This document shows positions 48,873-62,144 of a DNA stretch of 64,000 nt, in pieces; positions within the stretch are counted from its first letter, which is position 1; each line of letters starts with the position of its first letter. The notes under the pieces were generated by a model, which saw nothing but the letters and a program-made list of their open reading frames with translations, did no database searches and was not told where the DNA came from. A program made the position numbers and the translations under genes. Source of the DNA: Macrostomum lignano (taxonomy: Eukaryota); contig NIVC01000980.1 in assembly GCA_002269645.1 (NCBI GenBank), forward strand, positions 372,001 to 436,000, given 5' to 3'.

Positions 48873-51800
48873 TAGGCCTACAGTATGAGAGCCTATCCAC
48901 AAGGCATTTATCAATTAACAGAATCGTCAGAAAAGTGCAATTTAAACAAGCAGCTTCAGTCAGATATAAATCGATGCAGCTCATATTGTAAATATTGATA
49001 TTCATTAGAAGAAGGCGGACATCAAATAACGGAGAAGCCATGTTAGATATCAATTTTTGCATATGTTGCAAAGTGCGTAGTTAGTAATAGATGAAAGAAA
49101 GCACTAATATAATAAATTTGGGGCACCAAGAAACGCACTGGTATTGGGGGGTTAACAAACGATATTTTTAAACGTGCCTTGGCATCAGGAGGCATTCGCC
49201 GCAGGGGGGGGGGCGAGCGGAGAGAGGGTGGAAACGAAAAAATCTCTTTTAGCCTGTTACCCACGACACTCCCGGATAGAAGGAGATGCGGTTGAAGGAA
49301 CAGATGCCTGCAGGCTGGGCGGTTTGGGTGCCGCAACCCCCCCCCCATGTGCGTGCAGTCGGGCCTTTTTTGGGGCTCTGAGGTTTGGCCTGGATTGGTT
49401 GTTGGGCAATCTCGAGGATTAGGGCTTGGGTTGGCGAGACAGGCAGGCATGGAAGGAGAGAGACAGGGGATTTTTATCCCAAAGCGATCGCGGCCTGAGT
49501 TTTGTTCACTCTTTCCTCCTTAGCCTCTCCTCCCCTCACCTTCCCCTCACGCGTACCACCCTGCCCAGACCCTATAGTAACTAAACTAACTGGAAGGCAT
49601 CTGCGCGGCGGGCCACAGACCGGGTTGGGAGAGAGCGGGTGGAGCCTGAAGCGTATATAATAATCCTAGCAGCTTTAGGGACAAATGTACTCCCGCAGCC
49701 TGAGGGGAGAGGGAGCAGGCGGTGGGATAGGAATTAGCGTCCACCCAGGCTAAAGCGAGCGGCGTAGGGGAGGCCGAAGCCGTCTTCCTTCCTCCCTTGC
49801 CCCTCCTCTGCGCTCCTTCGTTTCCTCGCTTCCCAAGTCGCCATTTTTGCCGATCGCATTCTCCCCGCACACGCACACAACCGCATACCCCAGGCGCGCA
49901 TGCAGGCACCCAAATGCCTGCTCCAAAGCTCCAAAGAACCACGAGGATGCCGGATAGAGCAGAGCCTATACATATAGGGGGAGAGACCGTTTGAATATAT
50001 TTTTGTGGGCCACTGCTGCAGTGAGCTGACTCGGGCTGCGGCTGGTACGGCAAGGGGGAGGGGTGCGGCTGGGAGGCAAGGAAGGGAACCCGTGCCACCC
50101 GCTTCCCAATCTATCCACTGTTCCCAAGCCCAGCATCATCTAGCCTGCTCCATTCTCCAGCCTTCTCCCTCTCTCACTGGTGACTTTCATATTTCAAGCT
50201 GAACAGACAAAATAGTTTAAAAAAGCCACGACAATAGACAGGCATGTTAGACCCTGATAGAGACTGTTGAGGCCAGGAGCAGCAGAAGCATGACAAGAGA
50301 CAAACGGGGACAGGATCCCGAGCCGCAATCATAGATCTATGTAAAATCTATAGTCAAAAACGGCACAGCCTTGGGCGCACCGAGAATGAAAAGGGATCGG
50401 GAGAGAGCTGTTGGAAGGAAGGGTTTTAAAGCTAGTAAAGCAGCGCGATCCCGAAAACGCGGGCGCTTGAGTCAGGGGAAGGGGGAATGACAAATCCCTA
50501 AAAAGGTGGATTTTGGCCATACATTGGGGGGGGGGAATGACAAATCCCTAAAAAGGTGGATTTTGGCCATATATTGGGAGGCTATATTCAAGACTGGAGC
50601 AGCAAAGTGCCCTCGCTACTCTCGATATAATGGCATTACACTGGCCCTATATAAGATTTTTCTGCCTAGTTGCAGGGCACATTCAGCCGACGGGGGAAAT
50701 CTGGGGGAGGGGAGACTGAATCTCTCTCTATTGGGTAAATACAGAGTCGGTGTAGGGACCAGTTGAACACCCAGGGGGCTATGGTGGAGGGGGGGGGGTA
50801 GGAGGGCGACAAGGACCAGCCAAGTGGAGCAACCAGAATAATAAGAAGAGAAAACTTTTCCCACTCTCCTCTCCCATTCCCTCTCCTTCCCTCTCTCGGA
50901 ATGAAATTAAGCGCTGAGCAGGGGGACGGACAGGGGAGAAGGTAAAGTCGCTGGGAGCCGAGCGCTTCACACAGATTTCAGTTGCCTCTCGATCCAGAGT
51001 CTGCTTTCCCCCCCCGCTCTCCCCGCCCCTCGCTTACCCTCTACATTCCAAGAAAACTCCAAAAAGTCCCTCCATTCCCCTCAACCCCCTGCCCTGACGA
51101 CTTCGGACTTCAGGCGAGGGGAAAAATCGGCTAGAGAGCGAGGGGGGGACACGGAAGGCTCAAGAAAAAATGTCGGGAATGAGGAAGACTGCGACAGAAC
51201 AAAATGGGCCTTCAGCTCAGTGCACTTCGAGTCGAAAAGAGAGAAAAAGGCAAACTGACTCTCGCGGTTGAGGGGAAGGCCCGCTTTTGTGTGCTCTCTC
51301 CTCAGAAGGACTTTGCACTCCGGTTAACTCATTATCAGCCAGGCTGGAAGTGGGAAGAAAAATTCGCTGCAGAAGAAAAAAGCAGGAGGGAGAGCTTGGA
51401 AAAGCAAAGAGGCGCGGTGGAGCCACGGGACAGTGAAGAGGAGAACTTGGAGGCCATGTGAACTAACTCGGCGTGGGAATTGTCGAAGAGCGAGTGTTCG
51501 ACGAGTAAAAAGTGATCGGGATCCGGGAGACGGGCAAAAATAACTGAGTGCTTCCAGAAGTGAAAAAAAATATATACCCCATCCCCTAACAGAAATAGTG
51601 TAAGTAAGTTTCTTAATTCAGTAAGCAGAATTATTTTTAGAAAGATGAAATAAAAAACAAAATTATGGTAAAAGATAAATAAGACAAATTAAATTTCACT
51701 TTTTCTAACTAGATGAATAAAATCGAAAACAGCTAATATGCTGGCATAAAAAATATTGCCATCTAAAGCAAATTTTGACAAATTATAACTAACACATGCA

Positions 51801-54800
51801 ACTGGTACTTTCCTTGTCCTCAGACTGTAAAACGTAACATAAATATAAATCAAAACAATGTCATTATTTATGTCATTTGCGACAAATGATGAAGGAATTG
51901 CAATAAATTTAATTAAAAGCATATTTGTAAACTAAATAGAGATCCTGTTTAATCAGTGCTTCTTTACAACAGAAAAACCTTATGAATAAACACAGTTTCG
52001 AAAAATTTACCATGAACCCTAATGAAGTCTCTCAAATAAAATACTGAATTACTTCATTTTACTGAGCATTATAAATCTGCTCTGAATAGATTTTTGCTAT
52101 AAAAAATTCTCCCAAAACTTTAAATACACATGTAACATCCGACTTTTTGCCTATTTTGCTCCTAAAAAACATTTCAAGTCACTAATTTTATTGCACTCAA
52201 AATTAAAAATAAAAATTTACGAAACTCTCTGGCGTGTAATATTTCTATTGTGTAGTTAGAATGTTCATAGAAGTGTACATGTAGATTTTTATGCCATACT
52301 CACGTTAAGCAAAAATTATATTCGCCAGTTAGTTACGATAACTCTGATACCATATTAAGGTAACATATCTAGATTAGTCAAACGATAAAGCGGTGTGTAA
52401 ATATATTTCAAAGACCCGCGACGATATATCGATTGTCGTGTATTTTATCATTGTTGATCATTCAAGCTTACTTTAAAATACTTTAGCAATGAGGAAATTG
52501 GCAACTGACGTAATTTATCCGTATACTACCAAATAAAAACATGCTGGCAGTTTTTTGTTTTAACCGTTTTCTACCACGGTGTTTGGACTTCTAAACTTAC
52601 GAGCTACATAGAAAATAAAAATAATGTATTATATTATATCCCTCAATCTCTCTAAATTATTTTAACTCGCCTTTAACGTGCCTAGTTCAGAGCTGAATAA
52701 GCCATATCTAGAAAGCCTGCATTAAAACTTAAACCTATAAAACTTAAAAATTAAAACTTTTTATGATGTGACAACGGTCTGGGTGGCCCTGCTAAAATTT
52801 GTATAATCTTAAAATTTATTTCTCCCTTGTGCGCCCATGTCTAATACCAACCTGCGGCCTCTCTCCCGATGATTCATCGGATGACCCTACGTCCACCCAC
52901 TCTTTTGTCACCATTCCAACCTCCATGTTATTACTCAATAGCCAAGCGGAACGCACCCAGCCAATTGAAGCCCCATTTGTGTATTTAAGCCATTTTTCGC
53001 TGTCCCGTGACCTCCAAATTGAATCACCTTCTAAGCGTCCCATTTTATTAGCCAATTTATTGGCTAATAAATTGGACAGTGTTCGCGCTCACTCATAACT
53101 TCCCTGCCAGTACAATAATCGATTCTAGCTTTCCACCCCATTAGAATTAGTGATTTCTGCTATTGACTTTCTATTGAATTCGAGGTCAGCTGGTGGTACG
53201 TCATGTTGGCAGCAAGGACCTGTTGGTACTAAGTAATAACATTCAATATATGATTATTACAATGCTGTGAAACATAATTAAACCCTCAAAAGGCATACAA
53301 ATTTTGAATATGGCTACATAATTATTGGCTTAGTGAAGAAAGCGAGTAGCAGAGAATTAAAAAATATGGTTGCACGCATATGGCGCACAGGCAGACAGAC
53401 ACAAAGCGTACGGAAAATCAGCCTTTAATTTTTTCCGTTGTTCGTGAGTGCCGAGTCCTTCTACTACAGTGGTCCTTGGTTGGCAGTAGGCTAGAACCGT
53501 TCTAGCTGAAGTCGGCGCCCAGGTGCGAGAGAGCGCACGATGCACGTGATATACAGCACTTAGCGGTTGGGAATGTAACAGTCTCTAGTGGCACGTCATG
53601 ATATCGTAGTATCCGCCAGTTGGGGACTTTGTGCAGGATTGACTCTTGAGAGATTGGCCCCGGTGTGATATTGGCGTCGCAAAAGGCGGAAATCAAGATA
53701 GCGACACTGCTTAGGCGTCATGCAATCGGGCCGGGAGTCACCACACTAAGCAGAAGACTATTCAACAGAGGATCCTTTGTGCCGTGATTGGCGAAGGTAC
53801 TAACGTGCTACGAGATTGCTAGACCACTAAGAGTAATGAGGGAACGTGTGAACTTTATGGTTTTCAGGTGCGCAGTGCGAGAAGAGTCCTGTTCACAGCC
53901 TGACAACTTCCCCATGCTTGACCGCCAAGGAAGTCATTAGGATTGAAATGAAGAAAAATAAGGGATTTTGTGATTTAGCAGCGCAATAACAAATAGGAAT
54001 CATCCGGTTGATAAGATCATTATGGGATAAAAAATACCCAGTTTTCAATTTAACTAGGGTCTAAAGGTCGGTCACGTGACGGCTCACGTGTTGCCATGAC
54101 TCCGTATCCTTGAAGAAAAACGAGGATTGACGCATTCAGGTAGCCAATGACGCAATTGCGGGAGTCTTGGTAAATATATACTCAGCAACAGTCAAAAGTT
54201 CCACCCACCCTCCAAGCGAGATTAAAATTTGCTCACTTATTGCGACAACTTCTCACTCACAATTCTACCCTCCAGTTACGCAACTAAGCCGCCACGAGGA
54301 AGGGAAAGTTGATTGAATCAGTAATAAACGTTTAGTCGTACAAAATCAGAACAGTTTTTATGCATGCAATATGCAGTTAGAATCGCGATGCTTAGTACCG
54401 CGTGTGGGATCCCCTCGCACGCAGAACTGCGGATGAGGATGAGGATCAGGATGAGGCGGCGCAGAAAGTCCTGGGGAAGCTGCTGGCAAGCGTTTTCAGT
54501 GGCATGACGCAGCTCCGCAACATTCTGTGGTGGATTCTCTTTTCGAATGCTGCGTTTTAGGAAGTCCTAGACATGATTCATGTCTGGGGACCGGGAAGGC
54601 CAGCGCAGAGTGCGCAGCTGCAGCTGTTCTTTCAGTTGACTAACAGCATCGGCTCGGTGTGGCGGCTTTTGTTTTGTACCATGCGTTATGCAGTCCCAAG
54701 CCACCCCCAAGTTTCAATAAGCTTCGCGTTTGCCGGTAAGTTGCGTCTCTCGCAATAAGCGAGAAAAAGTCATCTTGCTTGGAGGGTGGAACTTTTAACT

Positions 54801-55776
54801 GTTGCTGAGTGTAATTCGTACATTTAGGGGGTCAGAGAACAAAAGAAGAAAATTAAAAACAATAGGGGGGGGGGGGGTTATATTAAAACAGGAGCAGGAA
54901 ATGTTGGGGGAAGGATTGAGTTGATGGAGATGGGGTAAAAGCCGCGCTCGACCCAACGGCCAGATTCCTACGCGCTTGAGCCCCCAGCCTGAGTAGTGCA
55001 GGTGCCGCCAGAAACAAAACTTTAAAGGTCGTAATTAAACAAAACAAAGATAGACTTTTCGACGATGTGAAGTTTCAAGCTCGGGATATTTCGAAAGTTG
55101 CGAAGGCTGTTTACGAACTTACATGCGTGTACTGCCCCAAGTTAAGAAGGCAATGCAGGGATCGGACCCACACGCGGTCAACGAAAAATCGCGTGTTACT
55201 CGGAAAAAGCGAACAGCTCAACTCCAATCAAGCAAACGAACGCGCCAGCCAGGTATGGAGAGATTCAGGAAGGAAACTGGCGTGGAGCCAGATTGATTCC
55301 AACAGGCAGGGAGAATGGAATGCTCCGCGGGATGTCTTTTTGTGTAGCCAGCTAAGTGAAAGTTAGAGGATCGGCCTTCCCCGATCGCACAGCCAAAATC
55401 CCCCGCACAGATTTTTTTAAGTGTAAATATGCCGCCGAACTGAATAAAGCCCTGCCTACCTGCAGGCTGGCATGGCCAGCCAGCAGCTTATTTGATGAGG
55501 CAACATATACCTTATCAATCCTGCGCCATCAGGCCTTTCCCTCCTGGCGCACGTGGCTTCCAAACTCGCTGCTCCGGAAGGCGGTCCATTTAGAAGTCAC
55601 TTTTTTCCTCTCACTCCATCTCCACGCGGTCCGGCTCAAACTAGCGAGTCACGACATGAGCGCGCACAGTCAGTGTGACGCACTCGGATCCGGGATCGGG
55701 TCTGAGTGGCTTATTGCACCGGCGCCATAAGGCCACACACACGAGCTGGCTCAACTTTCCATCTTTTTCGATTCGG

Positions 55777-55808
55777 TATAAAACGCCGCGAGCTGGGCCT
55801 TTTCACTG
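55777..55808 (+). promoter_or_regulatory. TATA box plus initiator of the homeobox gene
   Basis: TATAAAA at 55777-55783 and TCACTG (Inr-like) with its A at 55805, 28 nt downstream and 68 nt before the ATG. Confidence 0.45.
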
Positions 55809-55872
55809 GCTCAACAGGTTGTAGAGTAAATAAATCTATTTGAAATTCGAAGCTAGAAACTCCAGTTTGTCG

Positions 55873-56219
55873 ATGGACCAGCAACAGGAGCAGCAGCAGC
55901 AGGAATGGCCGCAACTGTTGGACAACTGCTGTACCGACGGGTCTTTTCCATTGTCTGCAGGGATGTTTGCAGGCGTTGACACAAGGGAAGACAGTTCGAC
56001 AACTGCAAACTTCCCGCAGCAGCAGCAACAACAACCGGATCCGACCTCGGGATCAACAAGACGTCGACGACGAACGACCTTCAGCCATCAGCAGAAGCGA
56101 GTGCTTCGCGACGCCTTCTTCAATTGCAATCGCTACCCACCGCAGGCGGTCGTGCAAGACCTGTCAATGCGATTGGAACTGGACTGCAAGATTATTGAGA
56201 CCTGGTTCCAGAATTACCG
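55873..56219 (+). CDS. Divergent homeobox protein, exon 1
   Basis: RRRRRTTFSHQQKRVLRDAFFNCNRYP..LSMRLEL..IETWFQNYR is a homeodomain. Donor CG|GTTGGT, phase 2. Confidence 0.85.
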
Positions 56220-56322
56220 GTTGGTATTGAAAATTTTTACATATACGAGTCCGCACGCTTGTATAAGGATACCGAACACAAAGGTCTTATAGACTCGCGC
56301 CCGATAAAATGAATGTTCTAGT

Positions 56323-56566
56323 CAGGGGCGTCGCCCCTGGGGGGGGGGAAAGTCATGGACGTGTCCCCCCCCCCCCAGTAAAAGCTATGGGGGGACACGC
56401 CAATGCTTTGTTCCCCCACCCCACCTTGTTACCCGTTTTGGAAATCAGTAATTTTGCTTTAGGGCAACCAAAAAATAGCGCCTGCGGCGCCAAAATGAGT
56501 GCCTGCCAAAGCCAAGAATTTTTTACTTTGTCCCCCCCCGCCATAAAATCCATGGCGACACCCCTA
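56323..56566. mobile_element. hAT-like MITE in homeobox intron 1
   Basis: TIR CAGGGGCGTCGCC..GGCGACACCCCTA. Flanks GTTCTAGT/ATCCTAAT. A related inverted end starts at about 47335. Confidence 0.6.
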
Positions 56567-56712
56567 ATCCTAATAAGTAGAGTTATATTTCTCACGAATT
56601 ACCCATTAGAAGGAAAACTCAACGGACTTATATGTCATAGGTCAATAAAGTGTGTTTACCATACGTTACGCATGCAACTTACAGTAGCAAAAACCGTCAA
56701 ATCTGCATGCAG

Positions 56713-57074
56713 GTCGAAGATGAAGCGAGAAAATCCCGAGGAGCATCGCCACTGGGTGGAGACGTCTCTGCGTCGGGTGTGCGGAGTGCAGCAGCTCGAG
56801 CCGACGCCGCCGCCGCCACCGCAGCAGCAGCCGCCACCCAGCCCGCCAAAGCGAAAAAAGTCGAGCAGTTCAACCGACAATGGCGTGACAATGACTATGA
56901 TGACGGCTCAGCCATCTTTGCCAAAGATACAGAAGCAGCAGCAGCAGCAAGTGGAAATGACAGCTGAGTTAGCCGTGGCTCCAGTAGAGTCTGCCGCTAC
57001 AGGCAGTTACACCTGCGACTGCTGCTGCTGCAGTGGCACTTGCTGGAGAAGCTCAATGGCCCCAGGAGCTTTTG
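56713..57074 (+). CDS. Homeobox protein, exon 2
   Basis: ATGCAG|G acceptor completes the Arg codon, giving WFQNYRSKMKRE. Pro/Gln-rich, SPPKRKK basic motif. Donor G|GTGAGA, phase 1. Confidence 0.8.
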
Positions 57075-57274
57075 GTGAGAAAAGTCATGGATCTCAAACT
57101 GTCAATCTCTCTAATGAGAACATTATATTCCTAAATACGCAATTGAAGCTCTCTACCATACGGTCGCTATAAAAATGGAAAATCGGTTTAATCGAATGAA
57201 AGCTGATTTAGGAAATATTTGTTTTTTGCATGCAGAATTGGAGTGATTCAACACCCGATTTTTAGTACGGAGTC

Positions 57275-58192
57275 ACATCACAAGCTCGAAAAATCACATC
57301 GTCAAAAAGCAGCCACCAACACAAGCTCGAAAAGGGTTCGGGTTAGGGTTAGGGTTAGAGCTCTTGCCTTTTCGAGCTTGTGATGGTGGCTGCTAAACTT
57401 TTCGACGATGTGACTTTTTGAGCTTGTGACGGAGCCCTGTTTCGACGATGTGATTTTTCGAGCTTGTGACGGAGCCCTGTTTCGACGATGTGATTTTTTG
57501 AGCTTGTGACGGAGCCCTGTTTCGACGATGTGATTTTTCGAGCTTGTGACGGAGCCCTGTTTCGACGATGTGATTTTTCGAGCTTGTGACGGAGCCCTGT
57601 TTCGACGATGTGATTTTTTGAGCTTGTGACGGAGCCCTGTTTCGACGATGTGATTTTTCGAGCTTGTGACGGAGCCCTGTTTCGACGATGTGATTTTTCG
57701 AGCTTGTGACGGAGCCCTGTTTCGACGATGTGACTTTTTGAGCTTGTGACGGAGCCCTGTTTCGACGATGTGATTTTTCGAGCTTGTGACGGAGCCCTGT
57801 TTCGACGATGTGATTTTTCGAGCTTGTGACGGAGCCCTGTTTCGACGATGTGATTTTTCGAGCTTGTGACGGAGCCCTGTTTCGACGATGTGATTTTTCG
57901 AGCTTGTGACGGAGCCCTGTTTCGACGATGTGATTTTTCGAGCTTGTGACGGAGCCCTGTTTCGACGATGTGACTTTTTGAGCTTGTGACGGAGCCCTGT
58001 TTCGACGATGTGATTTTTCGAGCTTGTGACGGAGCCCTGTTTCGACGATGTGATTTTTCGAGCTTGTGACGGAGCCCTGTTTCGACGATGTGACTTTTTG
58101 AGCTTGTGACGGAGCCCTGTTTCGACGATGTGATTTTTCGAGCTTGTGACGGAGCCCTGTTTCGACGATGTGATTTTTCGAGCTTATGATGT
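57275..58192. mobile_element. Palindromic MITE-like element with a TTAGGG core and a 40-bp array in its right arm
   Basis: Left arm ACATCACAAGCTCGAAAAATCACATCGTC.. is the reverse complement of the right arm/array unit. Centre is GGGTTCGGGTTAGGGTTAGGGTTAG. Confidence 0.6.
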
Positions 58193-58319
58193 CGTTAGTA
58201 CATACAGTATGCGCCTTCCTTATGTCCCAACGTAGAGTACGACGCGAAGCATGAAAAAATGAAATTTGATGCCGGAAACCCTTCAGGTGAAGGCTTATGA
58301 TTCCGAAATACCAACTACG

Positions 58320-58540
58320 AGATGTGCAACCGACAGCTCAGCCGCAGCTATTTCTTGGTTGCCACACACACCCTCAATTACCCCAGCTAATGATGGCACC
58401 CATTTTACAGCTGGGTGAACTGAAGCAATGCAGAGTTGAGTGTCTTACTCAAGGACAAAAATTGTTACAGTGGGATCGGGAATCGAACCTCCCCACCTTT
58501 AAGTCGTGAGCCCGACTCTCTAATAACTAGGCTTCACCCT
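58320..58540 (-). mobile_element. tRNA-derived SINE, same family as 10358-10670
   Basis: Reverse complement aligns by eye with the 10358 copy. Keeps the tRNA-like head (AGCCTAGTTATTAGAG..GGTTCGATTCC). Confidence 0.7.
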
Positions 58541-58568
58541 ATAGAAAGTCTTTTTCTAACTCCTGAAG

Positions 58569-58822
58569 CACTCGAAAATCAAACCCGACATCCAGAGGCC
58601 ACCGGAGTCGGAGACTGGAATTGGAACTCAACGTCATCAAACGGTACAGCGCGGACAGAAACTCATGCGGTGAACTGCTGCGATTGCCGCTGGTGCTCAG
58701 AGGCTGTGGGGCTAGCGCCAAACTCTGCCGGGACGTACCAGCTGCAGCATCAGCAGCCGATGGAGTACGGACAGGCTCATGCTGCTTCATCATTCCATAC
58801 CGGATGGAATGCGAGCGGTTGA
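58569..58822 (+). CDS. Homeobox protein, exon 3 (terminal)
   Basis: CTCCTGAAG|CA acceptor fits phase 1. Open frame to TGA. The three exons total 963 nt, i.e. 320 aa plus stop. Confidence 0.65.
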
Positions 58823-59174
58823 AACGTTGAATTAAACTTACATGTATGTCTGCATGGTAACAGACTTGATCTTTATTTATTTATCGAATGTTAGCGAAGT
58901 TTCCTAAACTGGTGGAACTCATGTAAGAAAGTTCTATCTTTATATAAACGCAATTAGTGGTTAGCGACCGTGAACTGAGCAGCATAAAAATACTCAATAA
59001 AATTTGGTTTAGATTAAGTTTTTAAACAGCTATGTAAACTTTCATACAATTAAATGTACCTGCTATTTACCACATGAATTCTTTTTTTTAGCTTCTTTGT
59101 GGTGCGGATATCTTATTTTGTTTTATTTGATTTGCAATTGCTGATTCAACCTGTTGTCAGGACTTTAGAAGCTT

Positions 59175-60085
59175 CTGAGCAGTCTGAGTAGCTAGTGGGT
59201 CTCTGAGCAGTCAGAGTTGAGTCTCTGAACAGTCTGAGTAGCTAGTCGGTCTCTGAGCAGTCAGAGTTGAGTCTATGAACAGTCTGAGTAGCTAGTGGGT
59301 CTCTGAGCAGTCAGAGTTGAGTCTATGAACAGTCTGAGTAGCTAGTGGGTCTCTGAGCAGTCAGAGTTGAGTCTATGAACAGTCTGAGTAGCTAGTGGGT
59401 CTCTGAGCAGTCAGAGTTGGGTCTATGAACAGTCTGAGTAGCTAGTGGGTCTCTGAGCAGTCAGAGTTGAGTCTATGAACAGTCTGAGTAGCTAGTGGGT
59501 CTCTGAGCAGTCAGAGTTGAGTCTATGAACAGTCTGAGTAGCTAGTGGGTCTCTGAGCAGTCAGAGTTGAGTCTATGAACAGTCTGAGTAGCTAGTGGGT
59601 CTCTGAGCAGTCAGAGTTGAGTCTATGAACAGTCTGAGTAGCTAGTGGGTCTCTGAGCAGTCAAAGTTGGGTCTATGAACAGTCTGAGTAGCTAGTGGGT
59701 CTCTGAGCAGTCAGAGTTGGGTCTATGAACAGTCTGAGTAGCTAGTGGGTCTCTGAGCAGTCAGAGTTGAGTCTCTGAACAGTCTGAGTAGCTAGTGGGT
59801 CTCTGAGCAGTCAGAGTTGGGTCTATGAACAGTCTGAGTAGCTAGTGGGTCTCTGAGCAGTCAGAGTTGAGTCTCTGAACAGTCTGAGTAGCTAGTGGGT
59901 CTCTGAGCAGTCAGAGTTGGGTCTATGAACAGTCTGAGTAGCTAGTGGGTCTCTGAGCAGTCAGAGTTGAGTCTATGAACAGTCTGAGTAGCTAGTGGGT
60001 CTCTGAGCAGTCAAAGTTGGGTCTATGAACAGTCTGAGTAGCTAGTGGGTCTCTGAGCAGTCAGAGTTGGGTCTATGAACAGTCT
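59175..60085. repeat. 50-bp minisatellite, about 18 copies
   Basis: Unit TCTGAGCAGTCAGAGTTGAGTCTATGAACAGTCTGAGTAGCTAGTGGGTC. Confidence 0.95.
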
Positions 60086-60578
60086 AATTAAAAAGTAAAC
60101 TGAATTAAAGTTATTCAGTCCAATTAAAGTAAATTTATAATTCAATACTGTATTAAGACCTGTGTAAATTTAGTAATTAAAAGTTGATATTTACAGACGG
60201 ATAGATGCCAAGTGCATACATGTAATACGCACAAAATTACGAGATTACACACAAGAAAACTGTCGAAAATAGTTCATGAGAACAGCAAAATATTTGAAAC
60301 TTGGAATAATCTTTAAAAAACGATCATTAGCATCTGCTGTTCACAGCTAATGAAGCATAGTAAAACTTGTATACAAGTACAAGTGAGTAATCAACAGACC
60401 ACTATAATGCGCTCGCAACTAGCTAGATGGGCCACTCAGCAAAATTTAGCGTGTAGCCTACTTTCAGTCTAGTAGTAAGTTAAATAGAAGCATTATATTC
60501 TAGGTCAACCTCAGCAGAACCCACCAACCGCGTCCTTTCACCCTAAAAACCCACCCGCTACCCCCCCCCCCAATTTTT

Positions 60579-62144
60579 GGGATAGCGACGTTTGCCTGCG
60601 GGACGTTTGCCAGCCGACGTTTGCCTGCGGGACGTTTGCCAGCCGACATTTGCCAGCCGACGTTTGCCAGCCGACGTTTGCCAGTGGGACGTTTGCCAGC
60701 CGAAGTTTGCCTGCCGGACGTTTGCCAGCCGACGTTTGCCTGCGGGACGTTTGCCAGCCGACATTTGCCAGCCGACGTTTGCCAGCCGACGTTTGCCAGC
60801 GGGACGTTTGCCAGCCGAAGTTTGCCTGCCGGACGTTTGCCTGCCGGATGTTTGCCAGCCGACGTTTGCCTGCCGGAAGTTTGCCAGCCAAAATTTGCTA
60901 GCCAATAAAAAGCCAGTCAGTGAAAAATTTGATACTGAAACATTCGCAGTTTAGCGGTTTGACAAAAACCGTTTTCACTCCAACTTTTTGACGGTCATTC
61001 GCATATATACAAGTTTGAAAGCAAAATATATAAATTATGCAGTTCATCAGTCTAACGTCTAATATCTAGTTTAACAACGATTTTGGCACAACATATCAAA
61101 AGATGAACATTGGGTTTGCCTCGTATGAAAGCAATAACAATTGTTGTGCTGAAAAGATGAAAACTTCCTATCTCCCTATGGCCTTCAAAACATTTTTCAT
61201 AGATTTCGAGTGCTGCGTACTTCTACTTTAGTAGTCCTTGGCATGACTAAGCTTTGCATACGTAGTGTCTAGCGCTTGCTATTCTACTAGCTTGCTACTG
61301 GCGGCTTGTCTGGCTATTCAGCTATATAGCTTACTATAAAAACGTACCGCATTCGACTCGTCTACACATGTACGTTGAGATCGCGGTTTCCTTGCTTACT
61401 TGAGTAGTAATACAACAGCATTGGAATCAATTTGCTTACTTTTAGATCTCCCAATGAACTGAGAAATATATGAGCCAGAATTACCACTCAGCAGCTCTTT
61501 TTGTTTGCTTCATAACTTAATCGCTGGAGATTCCCGTTTTAATCTGCGCGTCTTCTTTCGCACATCAAAAATCAAACATCTCAAACTGGGAAAAACGATA
61601 CACAATTGTCAAAAGTAAACAATATTTTCACATTCAAAGAAAATCGTTGTTAAACTGGATATTAGATGTAAATCTATATAAATTGCATAATTTATATAGA
61701 TTTTGCATAAATTGCATAATTTATAGATTTTGCTTTCAAACTTGTATATATGCGAATAACCGTCAAAAAGTTGGAGTAAAAACGGTTTTTGTCAAACCGC
61801 TAAACTGCGAATGTTTCAGTATCAAATTTTTCACTGACTGGCTTTATATTGGCTAGCAAATTTTGGCTGGCAAACTTCCGGCAGGCAAACGTCGGCTGGC
61901 AAATGTCGGCTGGCAAATGTCGGCTGGCAAATGTCGGCTGGCAAATGTCGGCTGGCAAACGTCGGCTGGCAAACGTCGGCTGGCAAACGTCCCGCAGGCA
62001 AACGTCCGGCAGGCAAACTTCGGCTGGCAAACGTCCCGCTGGCAAACGTCGGCTGGCAAACGTCGGCTGGCAAATGTCGGCTGGCAAACGTCCCGCAGGC
62101 AAACGTCGGCTGGCAAACGTCCCGCAGGCAAACGTCGTAGACCC
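60579..62144. mobile_element. Non-autonomous foldback, Mutator-like DNA transposon
   Basis: About 470-bp inverted arms, with 15-bp subterminal repeats (CGACGTTTGCCAGC) outside and unique AT-rich sequence inside. Exact direct repeat CAATTTTT at 60571-60578 and 62145-62152. No transposase ORF. Confidence 0.8.

Noticed and set aside
57334-57358. Chromosome end or fusion site
   Set aside because: Only about 4 TTAGGG-like units, embedded in a MITE-like palindrome inside an intron.
36841-60085. CRISPR-like appearance of the 33-84-bp repeat arrays
   Set aside because: The units are directly abutting with no unique spacers, there are no cas genes, and the context is a eukaryotic intron.
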